This document shows, in pieces, positions 25,361 through 33,675 of a stretch of DNA of 36,249 nt. The stretch covers positions 166,409 to 202,657 of the forward strand of contig WELA01002286.1 of NCBI GenBank assembly GCA_009602735.1, in the 5' to 3' direction. Source of the DNA: Mesotaenium endlicherianum (lineage: Eukaryota). The number at the start of each line of letters is the position of its first letter. The stretch's first letter is position 1. The position numbers and the translations under genes were made by a program. A model generated the notes under the pieces. That model was not told the origin of the DNA. It made no database searches and saw only the letters and a program-made list of their open reading frames with translations.

Positions 25361-26308
25361 GGCGGCATCGTCCTCGTCGAGCTCCTCGCCGGCATCGCCA
25401 CCGGGTTACTGGCGACCTTGCAGGCCGGCATCCCGGTGCGCCGCTACGCCTACGTCGATCCTGATCCTGAGGCCCAGCAGGTGGCCCGTCGGCAGATGGC
25501 GTTGGGCCGCGAGCGGTTCCCTGACCTCCTTCCCAAGCACGCATTCCGCCGCGCTCAGACAGACTGGCCCATGGACATCCGCGACATCACCGTCGAGCAT
25601 GTCACCCGACTTGGGCCCATTGACCTCGTCATCGCCGGTTGGGAGTGCCAAGGCTTCTCAAGAGCCGGACGTGGCAGGGCGCTCAGCAATCCCCGCACGG
25701 CCCTCTTTTGGCACTTGCTCCGCGTCCTCAACATCGTTGAGGATCGCCAGCCGCCACACACACTCACGTGGGTCCTGGAGAACGTGGCCGCGCGCCACCA
25801 TCGCCGACCCGACGTTACCGCCGACTTCGCTCTCTGCAGCAGTTACGTCGGCCGCGAGGCCGTCATCGACGCTGCCCAGATTGGTTCCTTCGCGCACCGC
25901 GTCCGCGCCTACTTCACGAACCTGGCCACGTCAGGTACTCTCGAGGCGTTGGCCGCCTCTCATCCACGTCACCCACGCACCGTTGACTCCATCCTCGATG
26001 CCCCTCGTTTGGCCCAGCGCGTGACTACACTGCCACATCCCTCCATGGCACAGTGTGAGGTCTTGCATGAGGTCAATCGCGCGCTACCGACTTTTGTCAG
26101 CCGTTACAACAGCGACGCCTTCGTCGGGGATCAGCGCGGGATGGTCATCGACCTGGAGACTGGCATGTTTGACAGGCCGCGCCCTGCGGAGATGGAGCGT
26201 GCCATGGGCTTCCCGCCGCATCTCACACTGGTGGACGGTCTCACTGAGGTGAACCGCATTCGCCTCTTGGGGCAGGCGATCGACGCCAACGTCCTCACGT
26301 GGATTCTG
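25361..26308 (+). CDS. C5 cytosine DNA methyltransferase domain, DNMT3-like (non-permuted), embedded in pol
   Basis: Motif I ELLAGIA, II YVDPD, III DIRDIT, IV DLVIAGWECQGFS, VI LENV, VIII AHRVRAYFTNL, IX EMERAMGFP, X RIRLLGQAID. No stop or frameshift within the domain. Confidence 0.9.
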
Positions 26309-29300
26309 CTGCAGACGCAGGCCTTGGCGCCTCTCTACGCCGCAGCCCGGCATCCCGAGCTACCTCGGCCTGCCCACGATATGGACGATGACTCCACCGA
26401 CGATGACAACCAGGCCCCACCCGGCACAACTTGGCATCCTCAGCGCGCAGGGCCTGCACCACAGGCACGCGCGCGCCCCACCTTCCCACCGCCGCGCACG
26501 GACGACTCTGATTTGCTGGGGGGGGGACGACGGAGAGAGGAGTCCTCACAGCGACCCAGGGAGTCCCGGTCACCTTTTCTTTTTCCTCGCTCGCAGGCAG
26601 ACGGTACCAGGCAGCTGGCCGCAGCTGCCACGGTGCAGGTACCCACGGCAGGCCGAGCACCAACCACTGCAGGGCAGGTGGCACCTGCAGCACCACAGTC
26701 TACCCCAACGGCAAGACAGGAGACTCCAGCAGGCCAGGCGACGTCACCAGCTCCACCAACATGGAAGTTAGGGGGGACACTCACCACGGCACAGGCTGCA
26801 CAGTTGACGGCGCTGCTGGACGGGAGGTGCAGCACCAGCTTTGCCGGCGGCATGCACAATCTCGGGCGCTATCGGGGGGACCCCATGCGGATTACTCTCA
26901 CGTCACAGGAGCCCATTTTCCTGAAGCGTTATCGCTACAGCCACTTCGAAAATGGCCTGATCAGCGCGCAGACAAGCAAGCTGGAGGACAGCCGGCTCAT
27001 TCGGGAGTCCTCCTCTCACTATGCCGCACCCACGGTCATGCCAACCAAGAAGGATGCCTCGGGCAACCGGTCCAAAAAGAGGATGTGCGGTGACTATCGT
27101 AGGCTGAACGAGGTCACCGAGCAGGACAGATATCCTATGTCGACGCATGACGAGATATTTGACGACATTGGCACGTGCACTTGGTTCTTAGTGCTGGATC
27201 TGCGTCAGGGCTTCAACCAGATTCCCATCGCCGAGGAGGACCAGCATAAGACGGCGTTCTCGGGAGCACAGCGGCTCTACGAGTGGGTGGTGATGCCGTT
27301 TGGGTTGAAGAACGCGCCAGCTACCTTTCAGAGGGTGATGGACAAGGAGCTGGCCGGGCTGTCCTTTGCCGGATGCTACATCGATGACGTGCTCGTCTTC
27401 AGTCAGACATTTGAGGAGCACATGGCGCACATCACTGCTGTTCTAGACCGCTTGGAGTCCGCCGGGCTCAAGTGCCATCCAGGCAAGTGCACTTTTGGGA
27501 CCAGCGAGGTATAGTACCTTGGCCACTTGCTCCCCTCCAGCGGCTTGGCACCCCAGCTGGCAAAGATCTCTGCCATCAAAGGCATCCCATCGTCTATAGA
27601 CCTCTCGCAGCTTCGGGCCTTCCTCGGCATTGCCAACTACTACTGCCGCTTTGTGCCAGGGTTCAGCGAGCTAGCCAAGCCGCTCAACGACTTGCTCCGC
27701 AAGGGCGTTGCCTACGTACGGGGACCAGAACAGCAGGCGGCATTCGATAAGCTCAAGGAGCTGCTGGTGAGCTCTCCTGTGCTTTGGCGTCCTGACTACG
27801 CAAAACCCTTCATCCTCCACACCGACTGGTCGCAGGCAAGGCTGGGCGCTGTGCTGGTGCAGGAGCATGACGGCTTCGAGCATGTGGTGGCCTACGCCAG
27901 CCGCAGCAACAATCGCGCGGAAGGCAACTACGGCTCTTACTAGGGGGAGTGCCTGGCAGCGGTCTGGGCGATCGTGCACTTCAGACACTATCTTTACGGC
28001 ACGCACTTCCGCCTGGTCACCGATCATCAGCCACTTAAGTGGCTCATGACGTCGGAGCGCTTGACCGGCAAGTACGCACGGTGGGCGCTTATCTTGCAGG
28101 AGTACACCTTTGACGTGCAACACCGTCCAGGCTCGGCCAACCTGGACGCTGACGATCTCAATCGTAACCCGCTACCCTCCTCGAGGGACCTCACTGTGGC
28201 CTGCCACAATGAGGATGAGCCGATGGCCTGGCACGCGGCGGCCTTCCTGGCCTTCACCGTGGACGGCGATGTGCGGCCCGCAGGGCTCACTAGCCTGGAC
28301 ATGGTCACCGTCACCACTCGGCGATTGGCCCTGGCAGCGGCCGAAGATCAGGACAGCTGGCAGCGCCGTCCCGAGGACGTGTGGGACGACGCCCCAGTGC
28401 TGCAGTACGTCACGGCCAACGAGTTGGCACCCGATGTCAGCGCACGCGAGCGCGACCGCATCCTCAGACGCAGCCGCGACTTTGTGTTCATGGAGGGGCG
28501 CATGCAGCGCGTGCTGGCGGACGGCTCCGTCCTGGTGGTCCCCGAGTCTGCCATACGCAGTCAGCTGGAGCGCCGAGTGCACAAGTCCCTTGAGCACTTT
28601 GGTGTCAAGCGCACCCTCAGTCTTCTTCAGGCCGAGTACTGGTGGCACGGCATGACTAAGGTCGTCGCTGCAGTAGTCAGCAGCTGCACTCTCTGCGACC
28701 GTGTGCGCTCGAACTTCACAGCGCGCTCCGTTGCCCTCAACCCCCTTCCTATTCAGGGGCTGTTCTACAGGTGGTCGCTTGACTTGGCTGGAGAGCTGCC
28801 CAAGTCTCGCCAGGGCAACTCCTACGTCTTGGTGATGATTGAGCACATGTCCAAGTGGATTGTGCTCGTGCCCTTGCCCAGCAAGGCCAATGAGGGGATC
28901 GCTCAGGCCTTCCTCAATCAGGTCCTTAGCCGTTTTGGCGGCTGTGCTGAGGTGCTGACCGACCAGAGCAAGGAGTTCCAGGGCAGCTTTCAAAAGCTGC
29001 TGGAGCGCTCTATGATAGACCACCGCACCACCTCCCGCGATCATCCTCAGGCTGACGGCCTTGCCGAGCGCATGGTGCAGACCGTCAAGCTAGGGTTGCG
29101 GAAGTACTACCTTGCCTACGACCGTACTCACTGGGACGACGCCCTCCCTTGGCTGGCGATGGGGTACAGGTTCAGTAAGCAGGCCTCCCTGGCCTCGCAC
29201 TCTCCCTACTTCCCTCTCTACGGTCGACAGCCCGTCCTGCCAGTAGCAGCCAGGACTGTGGCTGAGAACGTCTTGGACTTGGACAGTCCCGAGACATGGA

Positions 29301-29674
29301 GTGCTCTTATCGGGCAGCGTGCTCAGCTCTTTCGGCGCCTGATGCCCATGGCCATGGATAACCTCAGCATCGCACAGCACCGCAACACCCTGAGGTACGC
29401 CATGACTCGTGGAGGAGCCTAACATCCGCGGGTGTTGCAATTTTCCGCAGGTGACTTCGTGTACCTGCGACGCCAGACAAAGAACACCCTCGACACCAGC
29501 AGCTCGCCGGTCATCCTGCGCGTCAAGCGTGCCTTGGCGTCAGGAGTCCTGGAGCTGGAAGGCGCAGATGGCCGTCTTCACAAGGACCACAAGAAGAACT
29601 GTGGGCCGTGCCACCTTCCTAACCTTGACTTACAGGTCCGTCCCCGCGACGCGCGGCCGCCCAAGGACTGGGCG

Positions 29675-29809
29675 TGCCAGATCTGTCACAGCACTGGCCA
29701 GGAGGCCAAGATGCTGCTTTGGGACAGCTGCAACCTCGGCTTCCACACCGGCTGCCTCGACCCACCACTGGCCCGCGTGCCAGTTGGCGACTGGTTTTGC
29801 AGAGACTGC
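29675..29809 (+). CDS. PHD finger (C4HC3) at the integrase C-terminus; third Cys replaced by Trp
   Basis: CQIC..MLLWDSC..GFHTGCLDPPL..VPVGDWFCRDC. Confidence 0.9.
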
Positions 29810-29862
29810 ACTAAGCTAGCCTTAGGCAGCGCACACAGCCCATCAGCTAGAGGCTGATGGCT

Positions 29863-29871
29863 GGGGGGGGA
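29863..29871 (+). promoter_or_regulatory. Polypurine tract
   Basis: GGGGGGGGA lies between the pol stop (29857) and the first base of repeat B1. Confidence 0.75.
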
Positions 29872-30007
29872 ATTAAAACATTTGACGCCTGACTCCCTTT
29901 TTGGCTATAAAGCCATTTGTATTATAGACTTCATTGCAGCAAAGCCTGCTTGTCTATTGTGTGTTGCTTATGCCGACAAGGCGAACCCGATCCCTCAACG
30001 CACGACA
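29872..30007 (+). repeat. Direct repeat B1 (136 bp)
   Basis: Matches 31009-31144 with 6 mismatches by eye; ends CACGACA. Confidence 0.95.
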
Positions 30008-30009
30008 GC

Positions 30010-31008
30010 TGTCATGATTTATTGAGTCGAGGTTGCCGCACGAAACCGAGCTCCACATGTGTGAACCATCAACCTAGGAAGGCCGACTTTGCATAGACTT
30101 TACGCATCCATACTTTGACCTTTTCTCAATTTCCAAGTCACCAAAGTGTAGCGCGTCGAGTCACCTTCCGAATGGCACCGGGTTCGCGTCATTTGGTCAT
30201 GTATCGCGCGAGATATGAGCGATCTTGTCCGCGCCACCTACCGGCCCCTAACGGATACTCACCAAAGGGCAATTTGTGTTTCAATGTGCACATTCTTGCC
30301 TGTTCGTCACCCCCTAAAACCCCTGGCTTGTGCGCACAAACCCGCGAGTCCCTTAGCCTACATAAACTTTGCATTTCCATAGTATATGTGCATCACTGAG
30401 GCTATAACTTGGTGACTGCATCACCTACTCCTAGAGGAAGCTTCCTCAATTTTCAGATCCACTTTTGAGGCGCTATGTAGGTAGAATCACCCAAGGTAAG
30501 TTCGGCCAATGAGGGACATGTAGCATACCCTACGCACCTTGCTTTGATTGGTTTGAGTTATGCTTTGCCTATAGGAGTGCTAGTACATGTTTTGTACACA
30601 TTAGTGGACACAGGAGAGCCTCCTAGAGTGACTACATGCATTGGATCCGCCGCGTACCCCGCCGGATTTCCAGGAGTATAAATACTAGAGATGTCCCTTG
30701 AAGAGACATCTTTTAGAAGTCGATTATGCCAGGTGTAAGTAACAGAGATTATCAGTAAAGTTTACACTTTTATCTCTTGTGTTTTCAGGACCACTGAGTT
30801 ACTCTCTTGTGAAGAGCAAGCCCTCCAGGCTTCCAGTCACTTGAAGAACTTCACAAGTGGTGAGCAAAGTCACAGCTTAAGCCCTTGCCATAGGACTACT
30901 TTGAAGATCATGATGTGCTTCCAGTGATCTTTTGGGCCATACATCATTAGTTGTTTTCCTATTAGATTACAATCTTGAGATGCTCACTCTGGAGAGTACA
31001 CTTCCCTT
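30010..31008 (+). repeat. Direct repeat A2
   Basis: Near-identical to 19240-20239. Confidence 0.95.
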
Positions 31009-31144
31009 ATTAAAACATTTGACGCCTCACTCCCTTTTTGGCCATAAAGCCATTTGTACTATAGACTTCATTGCAGCAAAGCCTGCTTGTCTATTGTGTG
31101 TTGCTTATGCCGACAAGGCGCACCCGATCCCTTAACGCACAACA
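31009..31144 (+). repeat. Direct repeat B2, the element's 3' terminus
   Basis: Copy of 29872-30007; ends CACAACA. Confidence 0.95.
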
Positions 31145-32091
31145 TTACTTTGTTAAAGAGGTTAGCAGGATGACTTTTGTATCATAGTGAAGTTTGCTGA
31201 CTTTGTTGAAAAGGTCAATTGGATGACTTTTGTATTATAGTATAATTTGTTGAGATTTATATATCAGTAACATATAGGATATAATATCAGTAGGTTGACA
31301 TATAGTAAGCTCGCTTGATATTAGTCAGTATACTTAGCTTCAGTACGCTAAGGATAGATATATTCATTTAGATTAATATTTGTAGATTGGCACATGTGAC
31401 CGTAGTATACTGAAAGTCCGGAGGTGGACTAAGATTTGGTAAACCGATGTTCTACCACTGTAGTTAACTCCTGGGTAGGCGAAGCTGTCGTCAGTCAGCT
31501 CAACAATTAGGACTTCAGTCAATCGACCAATTAATATGGTTGTTATACCTAGATCCGTAGGTCCCCACTGAACGGGTTTTCCACGAAACGGCACACCTTG
31601 CGCCGTGGTCAACCAGGTGGTCACTAGCTACTTAGCAGGCTGGGATCTTGTGGTCCCTCATTCTGGAGAGTAGGCTTTAGAGTCAGATTTTCTACTTGCA
31701 AGTCATGTGTGCACTTTTGGGTTCGTTATTATGACCAGCCTTCACGGAAATTGACATGGCGTCTTCGTCTGTGCTCCAAATGGAGCGAATTAGGACGTTT
31801 CGAAAAGGTCTCGTCAAGATGCGTCCGTTGCTGTCATGTTTGCTCAGGTGAGAGTAGTATCGAGAGAGTTATGCCCTCTCACATTTTGGGATCACATAGA
31901 GGACAGATTCCTTGGTTTTGCACCTAAGTCAGTGGGATGTGTTTTAGCTACTATATGGTCATCTAAATGAGAGCGCCTTTGCTATTCAGTCCCCTGATGT
32001 TGTGTATGTGCTTATACATGTTTGTATGCCTGGTGGGCAAGAGGCCATGAGTTTCTAAATGGGAAGCTCTAGTCCTCAAGCTCGCCTCTTT

Positions 32092-32119
32092 CTTGTGCCT
32101 TGTGCCTTGTGCCTTGTGC
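32092..32119. repeat. (CTTGTGC)x4 tandem repeat
   Basis: Direct reading of the sequence. Confidence 0.9.
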
Positions 32120-32502
32120 AACTATGGCACACTACGATAAGTGAGTCAAGGGATATAGATGGATAAACAGAATTCACTCTAAGGGCAAAGATTGCTCCCT
32201 AATTCTACACGCTTCCAACTACCTTGGAACTTATATATTTATAATAAATATATTTCTCTTGAAGCAGCACAATTCATTTCAACGGGTTTGTAATGACAAG
32301 ACGTTTTATCCTAGTCCACTTGTGAGCACTTTCTTGCTACTCAAAATGTTGAGTAATTTTCCTAAGCTTCCTTAGCAATATGCTGCTTCACTCTGGACTA
32401 TGATTGCAACTAGCTTTGTTCCTTGTGCGTCACTACGCTTCCACTAGGGCACTCTGCCCCTTTCATCTGGTATTGGAGCTGGGCTAGTTTGCATATTATA
32501 TT

Positions 32503-32919
32503 ATGAAGTCACAACAAGCAGCTGGAGGAGGCGAATATGTCGAGCATGTTGAGCGCGTGGGGCAACAGGCAGCACCAACAATGACCAGAGAGCAACAAGA
32601 GATGCAGGCAATGCTAAGGCAAATAGCAAACGCAATTGGAGGAGATGTCTACGCCCAATTTCAACAAAAAATGCGCGCGGAGGTGGAGAGAATGGTGTGA
32701 GTTGTTCTTGGGAACGCCGCTTCAACGAGTTTGGCACCTGCACTTGTTGTACCACCAACACATGTTAACCCAGTGGTGCAACGAGTTATTCCACCCGCAT
32801 TGGGAGTGCGTGCGCCTAAGCCTGAAGCGTAAATTGGAGAGCGTGGATCGACGCCTGTTCATCAATGGATTTTTGGAGTGAAAAAGTTATGCGCTCAAGC
32901 CTGACAGGCAAGTTGCCTT
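32503..32919 (+). pseudogene. gag: Family 2 gag N-terminus, cut off by the LTR at 32920
   Basis: MKSQQAAGGGEYVEHVERVGQQ..AEVERMV matches the reverse complement of ~17990-18420 and follows the PBS. Confidence 0.85.
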
Positions 32920-33675
32920 TGTAGTGATTTGAGTTGTAATATATTAGTTTGCATATATTTTGATATTTTCAAATATATTTGGAGTAGTATTGTGTGGATT
33001 CACGAGTAAATATGAACTCTAGTGACTTGGTTCATGTCCTTTGAATCTTCTAAGGTATTTTTGAAGTTAGAGGACGGACCTAGAAGAACTCCATGTGGCA
33101 AAAGTCAAATGAGCCATTTTTAGGTCAAAAGGATATGTGTACATTGTTCTAGAAAGAGGTGGCAAGTTTTGGGATGTGTTGGGTGCCAACACATCAACAT
33201 ACACCTTCCTAGAAGTCACTTATGTAGCAAGTATATGAACAAGAGCTAGAACAAAGAAAGACATTCCAGAATCACTCTTGTACTTGCCAAATTCCAGAAA
33301 TATATTAACTTTCAAGAAGCCATCTCTCTTTCAAGAAGCTACTACTTGTGTTCAAAGATCCTTGTCTTTAATCGATAAAGTACGATATTTGAGTAAGTAC
33401 TTGATCTGTCTGTTTCACTACAATGGTAGCAGAGCTAGGCACTTTTGTAGCACAAGAAGATGGCCGATCCTCAAGACTAACAGCAAGCTTTCGAGGAAGC
33501 ACTTCATCTTCAAATACCCTCCTCCAACGCCGATGGGAGAGCCCACTCAAGAAAATTTGCAACAACAAGAAGCACCACAAGGAGGAGCACCGTCAAATCC
33601 CGTGGCAGCCGCTATAGCAAAGTTGACCCCACCACAAGGAGTTCCCGCAAATGAGTGGGCAGCCTTCCTAATGAC
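32920..33675 (+). mobile_element. Third LTR family: 5' LTR 32920-33422, PBS 33424-33435, probable gag start interrupted at 33676
   Basis: Perfect 8-bp terminal inverted repeat TGTAGTGA...TCACTACA. Met-type PBS TGGTAGCAGAGC. A Q/P/A-rich reading frame (MGEPTQENLQQQEAP..) follows. Confidence 0.8.

Larger units (their letters stand above)
23234..29857 (+). pseudogene. pol: Pol polyprotein in a single frame with 5 premature stops: protease C-terminus, long linker, DNMT, RT, RNase H, integrase, PHD
   Basis: ORFs starting 23234, 24152, 24632, 27527, 27974 and 29432 share one frame. Stops at 24107, 24554, 27512, 27941 and 29420. RT LDLRQGFNQI, MPFGLKNAP, YIDD (27377-27388). RNase H HTDWSQ..TDHQPL. 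Integrase HHCC zinc finger and D-D-E triad (SLDLAG, LTDQS, GLAERMV). Confidence 0.92.
19240..31144 (+). mobile_element. Gypsy-type retrotransposon with DNMT3-like methyltransferase and PHD finger; split direct repeats A-ORF-B-A-B
   Basis: Termini TGTCATG...CACAACA. Repeats A1 19240-20239, B1 29872-30007, A2 30010-31008, B2 31009-31144. Domain order Gag-PR-DNMT-RT-RH-IN-PHD. Flanks TCAC/TTAC. Confidence 0.92.
19106..32281 (+). repeat. Family-1-like solo LTR (19106-19239 plus 31145-32281), 5-bp TSD ACGCG/ACGGG; hosts the DNMT element
   Basis: Termini TGTAATGAAT...ATTCATTTCA match the 5959-6675 LTR termini. Internal block 31433-31481 resembles the reverse complement of 6316-6364. Flanks are 19101-19105 and 32282-32286. 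Confidence 0.75.
18529..32465 (+). repeat. Family 2 5' LTR in plus orientation, split by nested insertions into 18529-19105 and 32282-32465
   Basis: Starts TGTAAGGTCAT, the reverse complement of the 8761 end. The two parts join to match the reverse complement of 8018-8761. Ends CCCCTTTCA, followed by PBS TGGTATTGGAGC (32468-32479). Confidence 0.8.

Noticed and set aside
27671..29440. Antisense ORFs up to 290 aa opposite RNase H and integrase
   Set aside because: Expected shadows of GC-rich codon usage; no tyrosine-recombinase or other motif was recognised.
30010..31144. Reading A2-B2 as an ordinary 3' LTR (it has TG...CA ends)
   Set aside because: Both 5' copies lack B, the PPT lies before B1 rather than before A2, and B1 would be unexplained.
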